The notes below the pieces were generated by a model that was not told the origin of the DNA, did not search any database, and saw only the letters and a list, made by a program, of their open reading frames with translations. The translations under genes and the position numbers were made by a program. Shown here piece after piece: positions 55,394 to 63,710 of a stretch of DNA of 64,000 bases. Position 1 is the stretch's first letter, and every line of letters begins with the position of its first letter. Origin of the DNA: a virus; IMG/VR virus record IMGVR_UViG_3300004457_000028, positions 1-64,000 of that record; one strand, given 5' to 3'.

Positions 55394-56975
55394 CATTGGT
55401 GTCATTCGTAAAGGCCCAGTATACCCAGCCTTTGGGTTGGATAACTTCAATCAATATATTGCACCGCTTGGTCAGGCAATCAACCAAGGACACGATAGTT
55501 TTGAGCATGTAAACCCCAATGGTGGTGATAGAACTTATTTGAATCAACAAATTAGCAGTAGAATTAACGCAGGTGTTACTGGGAATATACCTGTTTTTGA
55601 TAACCTCTCTCTTCAACACGATGCAGATGAGAAAAAACAATTTGAAATGAACTCTCATTATCAATTAGAACATCTAATGAGAACTGCTCCGCACATGTTT
55701 AGTGATATAGGAGTAAACCAAAGAATGTTTTTACAAACAGGTGTAATACCTCAAGGTTGGAATAGTAACCCTGCTATGTCATTACCATTTGAAGACAAAA
55801 AGCGTGTTCGTAATACTAAAACTGGAACTTATGATTTTCACAGTCAAAGAAATATACCTGAACGACGACACCCACTGGTAGTAAAACCACACGATATAGG
55901 AATGGTTTACGAGCGAGGCCGTGACAATAGATTTTCACCAGTTACCTCTACACCCACTCCTATGTGGCTTGCTGGTGCAAAGTCAAAACATCTTACAGCA
56001 AGACCATTAGGAGTTGAACAAAACTCAATGCCAAAACATCACGAACTGGAAATCTATGACCGCCATAATAGACATAACACAGCGAATGGTTTCAAACCCG
56101 GAATGACAATGCCTATACAAGCACAAGTTTTGAGACATTCTCATAAGAAACCTGAAGTTCGTGAAGAAGTAGAGCCAGCAGAGCCAGTAGAGTTAGAAGA
56201 AGGAAAGAGACTGAGTGGGGATTTACCTATTTCACTAAAGACTCATTTCAAAACTGGTAAGAATAGCGTTGGAGTAAAAGGCAAGATTCCGGCTAAGTGG
56301 GCTAATGAGGGTAATCCAAACAGTTTACCTCGTAGAATCGCAAACATAAATGATGCACATGATGCTGAAATGATTAGTGATGAAGATAAAAAAACTCTTT
56401 TGACCTTTCTCTTACAACATTCTATAGAAAGTGGACACTTAAACATGCAAGATTTAACAGGTCAATTTAATCGTAAAAAATGGAATGTCGCTGACGATGA
56501 TGCATACAGTGCTGCTCTTATGGAGATACAAAAGGCTCGTTTTGAAAGAATTACAGACTTGCTATTGAAGGAGCGTAAATCACCTGAAGCCATGCGTCGT
56601 AAGAAAGAATACGATACCAAATACGAGGCTTCTCCTGATAGAGTCAAGTATAGAGAGGATTTGAATAGAGAGCGACACAAGCGTGGTATGTATGGCGACC
56701 ACTCTCACCGTGACATTTCACACACCGAAGGTGGTAAATTGACAGTAGAAGACGAGCATAAGAACAGAGCAAGACATTTCAAAGACAAAGGGACACTACG
56801 ACCTATCACAAAAGGAATCAAGCAAGACCTTGAATTGCTTAGAAACTTAATGGCTGGGCCTATGGATGAGCAAGATAAATCAATAGCACAGGCTTTACTG
56901 ACTTCTTTAGACGACTACCATCAAGAAGAAAATGTAGAAAGTAGAAAAGAATTGATGCATCCTTATCCATTCTAA
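55386..56975 (+). CDS. Multi-module protein with a C-terminal HNH-like domain
   Basis: After 'ARFERITDLLLKE' comes 'KKEYDTKY...RDISH..GGKL...KNRARH', an HNH-like motif. Confidence 0.6.
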   Translation: MPNIGVIRKGPVYPAFGLDNFNQYIAPLGQAINQGHDSFEHVNPNGGDRTYLNQQISSRINAGVTGNIPVFDNLSLQHDADEKKQFEMNSHYQLEHLMRTAPHMFSDIGVNQRMFLQTGVIPQGWNSNPAMSLPFEDKKRVRNTKTGTYDFHSQRNIPERRHPLVVKPHDIGMVYERGRDNRFSPVTSTPTPMWLAGAKSKHLTARPLGVEQNSMPKHHELEIYDRHNRHNTANGFKPGMTMPIQAQVLRHSHKKPEVREEVEPAEPVELEEGKRLSGDLPISLKTHFKTGKNSVGVKGKIPAKWANEGNPNSLPRRIANINDAHDAEMISDEDKKTLLTFLLQHSIESGHLNMQDLTGQFNRKKWNVADDDAYSAALMEIQKARFERITDLLLKERKSPEAMRRKKEYDTKYEASPDRVKYREDLNRERHKRGMYGDHSHRDISHTEGGKLTVEDEHKNRARHFKDKGTLRPITKGIKQDLELLRNLMAGPMDEQDKSIAQALLTSLDDYHQEENVESRKELMHPYPF

Positions 56976-56976
56976 C

Positions 56977-57070
56977 TTGTCTAACTTGTCCGATGTATTG
57001 TTTACACAATATACTGTATTTACTATTCTTCTAAATGTATAGACTATACAACGGACAACAAGGACAACAC
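56977..57070. repeat. Inverted-repeat/AT-rich element 3 (origin-like)
   Basis: Left arm TTGTCTAACTTGTCCGATGTAT, AT-rich core, right arm ATACAACGGACAACAAGGACAACAC. Confidence 0.7.
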
Positions 57071-57084
57071 CCCCAGTAACCTTT

Positions 57085-57702
57085 ATGATGACCCCCGCAG
57101 TGGACAGACCAGTGGACATTATGGATAATCAAGACCATCACGATGCAGAAATACGCCTCATGGGACTAATTTTGGCTCAAAGCACACTGGTTGGAGTAGC
57201 GGTTGGAATCTTTGACGCAAGGGTTTGGCTAACACAAGACAGTGTTTGGATAAATGGTTTCACTTATGCGATGGGTGCATTCTTTGTTCAAGGTATAGCA
57301 TACTACTTCTTTAAGATGTTCTTTGAGCAAAACCTACAAGAAAAGGTAAGACATGGTAACATGGAAAAGCAAAGGAATAATCAATACAGGAGTATGCAAA
57401 CTCAATTTGATAATCGTAGAGCCGACATGGAAATGCGTATGCAAGAAGCACAACTTGAGCGTGAATTACGCTGGATGGAAAATAACCCCGGTAAGATGCC
57501 GCCAAGTTGGGGTGTTCAGGGTGGTGCTCAATCTATGGTAGGTTTTTACGACCAACAAGGTGGGGCTGCTGCTTCTTTTGACGGTAGTAGGATTCCTACT
57601 CATGAGGCTAAGATTTTACAACCACTTACTCTTGGAGTAGAAGAAGACATACCATTGAAGAAAGATGGCACGCCTGATAAAAGATTTGAAAAGAAATCTT
57701 GA
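57085..57702 (+). CDS. Membrane protein (2 TM helices plus coiled coil)
   Basis: Hydrophobic 'LMGLILAQSTLVGVAVGIF' and 'GFTYAMGAFFVQGIAYYFF', then Q/E/R heptads. True start may be 57109 or 57121. Confidence 0.7.
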   Translation: MMTPAVDRPVDIMDNQDHHDAEIRLMGLILAQSTLVGVAVGIFDARVWLTQDSVWINGFTYAMGAFFVQGIAYYFFKMFFEQNLQEKVRHGNMEKQRNNQYRSMQTQFDNRRADMEMRMQEAQLERELRWMENNPGKMPPSWGVQGGAQSMVGFYDQQGGAAASFDGSRIPTHEAKILQPLTLGVEEDIPLKKDGTPDKRFEKKS

Positions 57703-57715
57703 GTGAGGTTTACTC

Positions 57716-57973
57716 ATGGGCCGAATCTTTCGCACTCCTTCTGATGATGCTACTGAAAGCACGCTGCGTGCTATTCACATAGCAAATACCGTTGATAATG
57801 CATACGAAAGAACTTGGGGTTGGGTAAAGACTATCCTTGCCTCCGGTATTACATGTGTAGTAGTAAGTGGTATTGAGTTTTACAATCCTGAGTTCAGTAT
57901 ATACGAAAATACAGTAGACTGGGCCGTTGAAAAACTTGAAGACTTAATCAATTGGTTAAAGTGGTGGGATTGA
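57716..57973 (+). CDS. Small single-pass membrane protein
   Basis: 'WGWVKTILASGITCVVVSGIEF'; amphipathic Trp-rich C-terminus; GAGGT SD. Confidence 0.65.
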   Translation: MGRIFRTPSDDATESTLRAIHIANTVDNAYERTWGWVKTILASGITCVVVSGIEFYNPEFSIYENTVDWAVEKLEDLINWLKWWD

Positions 57974-57976
57974 TTC

Positions 57977-58699
57977 ATGGTAGACCCCGGTGGCACTGCA
58001 TTGGTAGGTGCAGCGATGTGGGGTCAGCATATTTACAATTCATATAAACCAAGAAGAGTCGGTATCTACGGAGCACCTCTCGTTGGTAAAACAACTCTTG
58101 ACCGCTATCTTACTACTCCGGGTGAAATGGAAGAGATAGAAGAAGAAGATAGAACTACTCATAGTCGTATACTGAAATTAGGTAATTACAGAATGCCTAA
58201 ACCAACAAGAAAAAGAATTGGTTGGAATGGTGAGAAGAGAGTCGTATATTCATCAGACATAGGTGGACAAGAGAGGTTTTGGAATCTTTGGATTGAAGAC
58301 ATGGTAACTCGTGGAGTAGAAGCCGTAGTTTACATTTTTGACGATAGGGCTTTCAAAGGTGGAGATGAAAGCATAAAACAAATTGCTGGTTTTCGTTATC
58401 TTGTAGATTGTTTAATACAAAGAAATTATCGCTATCGTTCAGTATGGGCGAGATTCAAAGGTAGAAAGTATCACCCAAGAGTGGTTATGCTTGTAGCGAA
58501 TAAAGCAGATAGATTCTTTGATGAAACCGCATCTAAACTTTGGCATGAGGGTCGTATAGGTGAACATAAGATTTTTGACCCATTTAGAGATGACTTAATC
58601 AGGCTACAAAAAGCAGGTATTCCTACTCGTAGGTCATTCATGGCTACAAGGATTGGATGGAATGTAGAAAAGACAATGGTGAGCCTTTTAACATCTTGA
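57977..58699 (+). CDS. Ras-superfamily small GTPase (Arf/Sar/Rab-like)
   Basis: G1 'GAPLVGKTT', G3 'DIGGQERFWNLW', 'AVVYIFD', G4 'ANKAD', G5-like 'MATRIGWNVE'; hydrophobic N-terminal helix. Confidence 0.9.
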   Translation: MVDPGGTALVGAAMWGQHIYNSYKPRRVGIYGAPLVGKTTLDRYLTTPGEMEEIEEEDRTTHSRILKLGNYRMPKPTRKRIGWNGEKRVVYSSDIGGQERFWNLWIEDMVTRGVEAVVYIFDDRAFKGGDESIKQIAGFRYLVDCLIQRNYRYRSVWARFKGRKYHPRVVMLVANKADRFFDETASKLWHEGRIGEHKIFDPFRDDLIRLQKAGIPTRRSFMATRIGWNVEKTMVSLLTS

Positions 58700-58754
58700 C
58701 CAAAAAAGTGACCCCATAGGTAGCCTTTTGAATAACAACTCTTTCGGTGTAAAT

Positions 58755-58952
58755 ATGTCAAGCAAGAAATCGTCTACTACTTTGGTGTCCACTGGTGGTG
58801 GGAGTCGTAGCCTAAGAACAACTGTTCCTATGTTTATTGTAGAACATTTTGGTCTTACTGCTGGAGATGATGTTAATTGGAGATTTACTGTTCAAGAGGG
58901 ACAGATTGTAGTAGTCATGACACCTACGGCTGAGCAGGTCGTGGTAGAATGA
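58755..58952 (+). CDS. AbrB/SpoVT-type swapped-hairpin DNA-binding protein
   Basis: 'SRSLRTTVPMFIVEHFGLTAGDDVNW'; likely start MSSKK. Confidence 0.75.
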   Translation: MSSKKSSTTLVSTGGGSRSLRTTVPMFIVEHFGLTAGDDVNWRFTVQEGQIVVVMTPTAEQVVVE

Positions 58953-59884
58953 TGATGTTTAACAGACAACCCCAACAAAATCTAAATGAGGCTCAATTGT
59001 CTACTTTGGCTATGCAAGGTAATGAACAACTTACTCAGGCTGCACTTCAAGAAATGTTGATGGCTCAACAAGGAATGCAAGAAGCAGCACAGGCTGGTAA
59101 CATAGAAGTTCCTAAAGTTAATTTTTACCCAAGTCGCCATGCTGACCCACGAAAGGCTCGTAAAAAAGACATCAAGCAAGCATACAAATTACTTCAACCA
59201 GCAAAGCGTTCTATATTCAATCCTATGAGATGGGTATTTGGTCGTAAGTATCGTTACAACAAAGATACAGGAACTTGCGTTGTAGACGGAGCAAATGTTG
59301 CTGAATTGATGAAACATGATAATCTCTATATGCGTATCTGTGACGATGAAACAGGTCGCTCTCTTTGGGAAATGTATTGGCAAAACCCAGTTACTGGTCA
59401 GCCTGAAGCGTTTATTGCTCTTGACAAAGTGACCAGTGGTAAGAAAATGCGAGGGACATACTGCCCTGAACATCTTCATTTGTATCATCTACTCTGTAAA
59501 TGGGAGGCCGAAGAAGACAAACAGAATGAAATGAACCCAAGTCGTCTCCGTGATAAAGTGAAAAGAGGAGTCTCAATTGTTACTGTCCCTGTATCTTCTG
59601 TAAAAAAGAAAGACCCTACACCTGCTATGCTAACAAAATACGAACCGTTCTTTGCTGAACTTGAAAGAGATGCTGGTAGAACAAAGGGAATCAATCTAAT
59701 CCATTATGCTAACCCAGCCACTGGTCAAAACGATATTACCATGGTTGTATTTGACCTTCGTATATTTCAATTAGAACTTCAACAAATGAACATGCCAACG
59801 CAAGCGTTTCAAGAATTACTTAATGTTGAGAATACCAAAATGCAACAGAACCTTGATGGTGCAGTAGCGGTTGGGGAGGCATGA
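58949..59884 (+). CDS. Hypothetical protein (Q-rich N-terminus, Cys/His core)
   Basis: 311-aa coupled ORF; 'CPEHLH'. Confidence 0.7.
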   Translation: MMMFNRQPQQNLNEAQLSTLAMQGNEQLTQAALQEMLMAQQGMQEAAQAGNIEVPKVNFYPSRHADPRKARKKDIKQAYKLLQPAKRSIFNPMRWVFGRKYRYNKDTGTCVVDGANVAELMKHDNLYMRICDDETGRSLWEMYWQNPVTGQPEAFIALDKVTSGKKMRGTYCPEHLHLYHLLCKWEAEEDKQNEMNPSRLRDKVKRGVSIVTVPVSSVKKKDPTPAMLTKYEPFFAELERDAGRTKGINLIHYANPATGQNDITMVVFDLRIFQLELQQMNMPTQAFQELLNVENTKMQQNLDGAVAVGEA

Positions 59885-59888
59885 TACG

Positions 59889-60560
59889 ATGTTCAATCTT
59901 GGCGCACAACAACAACAACCAAACGGATTAAATCTCTCAGCAACTGGGGGAGGAATGGGTTACGGTATGCAGCAACCGCAAAGCGGATTTAGTCTTGGAG
60001 CACAACCGATGCAACAACAAATGCAGCAGCAGAATCAAGGATTTATGGCTGGTATGATGGGTAGTGCGGGGATGACACCTCAGCAACAAATGATGATGCA
60101 GAACGGACAAGTCACTCCTCCATCAGAAATGGAACTTATGAATGCTCTATTACAATCTCAAAATCCTATTCATCGTTTTATCAAAGACGGAGGGCTTGGT
60201 AGTTTGATAGATTTGATTGCAGCGACAACCAGCCTAAGTATGCTAAACATTCTTAAAAACGCCACATTCGTTATTGATGAAGACGAGGGTGGTATGAAAC
60301 TTGACCCTGCAACATTATCTTCTGACTTACAAACCCTAAGCATTGAAAATGTGAGTATGGTCTTGAATAACATGGTTGCTCAAAGCAATCAAAAGTTCCA
60401 AGAGGCTGAAATGCAAAGACAACAGATTATTGCTATGTCTCAACAATCAATGATGGGTGGGGCGTTAAGTGCTGCTTTACAAGATGAAGGTATGATGAAC
60501 AAAATGGGCGGCGGAATTGGTAGCGTTGCTCGTGGGCTTATAGGACTACCAAGAAACTGA
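59889..60560 (+). CDS. Q/M/G-rich low-complexity protein with a helical core
   Basis: Likely start MFNLGAQQQQ after a GGAGG SD. Confidence 0.7.
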   Translation: MFNLGAQQQQPNGLNLSATGGGMGYGMQQPQSGFSLGAQPMQQQMQQQNQGFMAGMMGSAGMTPQQQMMMQNGQVTPPSEMELMNALLQSQNPIHRFIKDGGLGSLIDLIAATTSLSMLNILKNATFVIDEDEGGMKLDPATLSSDLQTLSIENVSMVLNNMVAQSNQKFQEAEMQRQQIIAMSQQSMMGGALSAALQDEGMMNKMGGGIGSVARGLIGLPRN

Positions 60561-60569
60561 GGCGATATA

Positions 60570-60821
60570 ATGGTGCAATCGGGTAGTATGAAAGATTACG
60601 GAATGAGAGTAAGTGAAGCGAGTAGTAGTATTTTTGCTCCAAGTAGAAACATCATTACTGAAATGATTATGGTTCAGTTTATTGCAGTAATTATGGCTTG
60701 CACAGGTATTCTAATTTTCAAAGGTGACGAAATGAGCAGCGGGGATGTAAGCGTCTTTGTTGTAGGTATTTTTGGAGCGTTTATTTTCTTAACCACTCTT
60801 TACTCAAGAATCACTCGCTGA
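60570..60821 (+). CDS. Small 2-TM membrane protein (holin-like topology)
   Basis: 'MIMVQFIAVIMACTGILIF' and 'VSVFVVGIFGAFIFLTTLY', ending in a basic tail. Confidence 0.65.
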   Translation: MVQSGSMKDYGMRVSEASSSIFAPSRNIITEMIMVQFIAVIMACTGILIFKGDEMSSGDVSVFVVGIFGAFIFLTTLYSRITR

Positions 60822-61064
60822 CCACTTGTTTATCGGGCATGAAACTGATGGCGCAAGAGCCTTAATTTTCATGACGCAACTACACAGTCGGCAAGTCCCC
60901 ATTCTTTTTTGCATGTAAGGACATTGATAACACTCATCAAGTCTCGCCATGTATAGTTTTTTAGAGACTCTGTTGCCTTTCAGTGCATCTTTTGATGCTT
61001 TGATTAAATCTTTACCACGCTCTTTGAGAGGTTGCTTTGGAACTCTCTCGTAAGGTGGGAGCAT
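60804..61064 (-). CDS. DUF6171-like Cys-rich protein
   Basis: 'RLDECYQC...CRLCSC.MKIK....SCPINKW'; partial promoter motif TTAAAGCAGCA at about 61106-61116. Confidence 0.65.
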   Translation of the reverse strand: MLPPYERVPKQPLKERGKDLIKASKDALKGNRVSKKLYMARLDECYQCPYMQKRMGTCRLCSCVMKIKALAPSVSCPINKWSASDS

Positions 61065-61123
61065 GTTCCTCCGAGTAGGTTTTCATGAAAAAGGATTATG
61101 GGTAATGCTGCTTTAAGCCAATC

Positions 61124-61807
61124 ATGGCGGAGGGTAACCCAGTATCAAAACGGTCTTGCCCTTTGTGTCAGCACCCAAGTCGTGAAGACTTAGAGAAGGG
61201 ACTCCTTGATGGTGAAATCTCTTCTAAACAATTAGACAAAGACATGGGCTGGAGGCTGAACACAACAGACCGTCATTTTCGTAATCACATGGGTCAGTTC
61301 CACATGGCTTCTAATCCTCAGTGCAAAGTTTGTGCTGATGTAGGTAGGGCTGATTTTGAGCGTCGTTATTTTGAAGATGGCTCTCAGTCAGAAACAATTG
61401 CTGAAGAACTTGGTATTGCTGAGTCATCTGTTTATCATCACATGAAACATCACTTTCAACCGTTAGTTCAAAGAAGTGCGGCTGCTGAGATTACATTAGT
61501 CGTAGGAGAAGAGGTTAATGCGCTCAGGTCAAATGTTGAACTCCTCAATGTTAAATTGTCTGAATTGCTCAATGAGGGTAGTGTCCATGAAGATGGGTTT
61601 GTTAGAGATGCGGTGTCACTGCACAAAGAAGTCAGAGAATCAATAAAGGACTTGTTAAAGATGAACGAACAGTGGAGTCCTACATCTGAAAACAGTCAAG
61701 TCAATAATACAATTAACATCCTCAAGGTTGAACTTGGTAAAGAAAGCCCTGACTCTTGGGCGAGGATTCGTAACTCTTTGTTAGAACATGCGGGTGACAT
61801 AAATTGA
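61124..61807 (+). CDS. Zn-finger/HTH plus coiled-coil protein, terminase-small-subunit-like
   Basis: Two repeats of 'CxxC...HTH...H..H' ('CPLCQHP', 'CKVC', 'IAEELGIAESSVYHHMKHH'), then helices and 'NNTINI'. Confidence 0.45.
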   Translation: MAEGNPVSKRSCPLCQHPSREDLEKGLLDGEISSKQLDKDMGWRLNTTDRHFRNHMGQFHMASNPQCKVCADVGRADFERRYFEDGSQSETIAEELGIAESSVYHHMKHHFQPLVQRSAAAEITLVVGEEVNALRSNVELLNVKLSELLNEGSVHEDGFVRDAVSLHKEVRESIKDLLKMNEQWSPTSENSQVNNTINILKVELGKESPDSWARIRNSLLEHAGDIN

Positions 61808-62205
61808 TGCCAGTTCCTGTTCCTGATTTGCTACAAATGACCCATCCGGGTTATGCGCTGGTAGAGCGTGACTCGCCTGTATCAGCGTATAATGTTCCAA
61901 TCTATCTTGATTTTTGTCGTTGTATTACAATGAGATTTGAGCACTACGGTGAGTTAGAGATTACTCCACCTGACCTTTTCAAATTACTCACAAAGTCTTT
62001 TGAAACTGTTTTTGAAGATGATGACCCCGTTACATTTTTCCCAGCATATCATCTTATACCTCGTTTACTTGAAGAGTTTGAGCACACCATAAAAAATATG
62101 ACATCTGCATTTGAAGATAGTCCGAGAATTATGTTGTTCTATAGAAAAATAAGTCAAAAACTGCGACAGTGTTTTGAACATCATATACAGGGGGATAACA
62201 CATGA
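61804..62205 (+). CDS. Hypothetical protein
   Basis: Coupled ORF. Confidence 0.55.
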   Translation: MMPVPVPDLLQMTHPGYALVERDSPVSAYNVPIYLDFCRCITMRFEHYGELEITPPDLFKLLTKSFETVFEDDDPVTFFPAYHLIPRLLEEFEHTIKNMTSAFEDSPRIMLFYRKISQKLRQCFEHHIQGDNT

Positions 62206-63710
62206 CGGGTGGTATGATGGGGCGAACCTCCGACACGAGGATATACAATCCTCGCTCCGAGTCCTCTGAAATGTTCAGGGCTAATCATGAAGATGAAAGG
62301 CCACCAAGCGGTATGGAGGATGGCCGAGACAAAGAAGCACGCAAAGATAAGCGTCAAGCCAAGAAAGAGGCTGAGGAAAAAGAGGATAAAAAAATCCGTC
62401 ACATCAAAGTCCGTTCACATCACCTTGGCCTTGACAGTGAAAAATCTATTGAGGATAAAGACGAGGTAGATGAAGAAGAAGAGAAGTTCAAACCTCGTGG
62501 TTCAGTTGATAACCCATCTGACCAAACTATGCCAAGCGGCACTGGTGGATTCATGACGAGCCTCGCTATGGGTGCTAAAGGGCCGGGTGCTGCTCGTGGT
62601 GAAATGATTCAGATGTCTGAGCCTATGCAAATGGCTAATCAGTTGTTGAAAGAAGTTACTCCTTACAACGAGTCGCCATTTCCTCATGGAGTTGCACCTT
62701 TAGAGGATGTTTCATGTCCTCATTGTGGGGATAAACTTGAAGGAACATATAGAGAACTTCATACTAACGACCCATTGGTTGAACTCTATTGTAGGACTTG
62801 TGATATTTACGATGATTCTTCTGTGGATAATTATAGTAGTAGTTCACTAAAGTTAAATCCACCAATTATCCAAAAAGGTGAACCAATGGACATCGCTTGG
62901 CAACTATTGAAATCAAAAAAAACGACTGCTAAACGCAGAAAAGAAGAAGGGTATTCAAAGTGGCGACCATCTACAGGACAATTTGAACGCCCAAAAGGAG
63001 GCGGTGACCCTCGTAACGCCACATCAAGGCGTGCAAAGAACATCAGTCGTAATCTCCCGTTAGGTAGAAAGACTGGACTCATGAGGCCGCATCTTTCAGT
63101 TGAGTTTTCTCACCGAGGTCTTGCGAGTAAACAACCAATGAGTAAAGACCCACAAAAATACGGTGCTTATCTTGCATCTCAAGAGGCTCGTAAACTACAA
63201 GGTGGTGTAAGAAGCACTACGACACCACACATGAGACACAGCCAACGCTCATTCATATCAGGTCAAACTGGTGGTGGTCGTTTGACAAACACTCTACAAT
63301 ACCCTCGTGTCCCAAGACCACGACTACACGCAGTTCGTGCTCCAAGTATTCAACCACCTAAAATGAAGATGCCCCACTTAGCACGACCTAAGATGCCGGG
63401 TATGGTGACAATGAGTGAAGATATTCCTCAACACAGTGATATTCTCAAAGCAGGTAATGCATATCAAGCAGCATTGATGCGAATTGCTCTCAAAGAGATT
63501 CGTGAATTGATGCGTGAAAAGAAAGACAAGGATAAGAAAACAAAGGGAAAGGGGAATCCTGATGTTGCTGGTGCTGCGAGTAGTCTACCAAATTACGAAG
63601 CAAATAATCCTAAGACAGCAACTCGCCCCGAAGGTGGCACTGAAGATGAAAACGACTCACGCCTTTGGGGATTAGCCCCCGGCGATATTGCGGGGAGTGG
63701 GCGGATTTGA
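62202..63710 (+). CDS. Tagged multi-module protein (charged module, Zn-ribbon module, basic modules)
   Basis: 'SEPMQMANQLLKE' - CPHC..CRTC - 'GEPMDIAWQLLKS' - basic region - 'HSDILKA'. Confidence 0.7.
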   Translation: MTGGMMGRTSDTRIYNPRSESSEMFRANHEDERPPSGMEDGRDKEARKDKRQAKKEAEEKEDKKIRHIKVRSHHLGLDSEKSIEDKDEVDEEEEKFKPRGSVDNPSDQTMPSGTGGFMTSLAMGAKGPGAARGEMIQMSEPMQMANQLLKEVTPYNESPFPHGVAPLEDVSCPHCGDKLEGTYRELHTNDPLVELYCRTCDIYDDSSVDNYSSSSLKLNPPIIQKGEPMDIAWQLLKSKKTTAKRRKEEGYSKWRPSTGQFERPKGGGDPRNATSRRAKNISRNLPLGRKTGLMRPHLSVEFSHRGLASKQPMSKDPQKYGAYLASQEARKLQGGVRSTTTPHMRHSQRSFISGQTGGGRLTNTLQYPRVPRPRLHAVRAPSIQPPKMKMPHLARPKMPGMVTMSEDIPQHSDILKAGNAYQAALMRIALKEIRELMREKKDKDKKTKGKGNPDVAGAASSLPNYEANNPKTATRPEGGTEDENDSRLWGLAPGDIAGSGRI

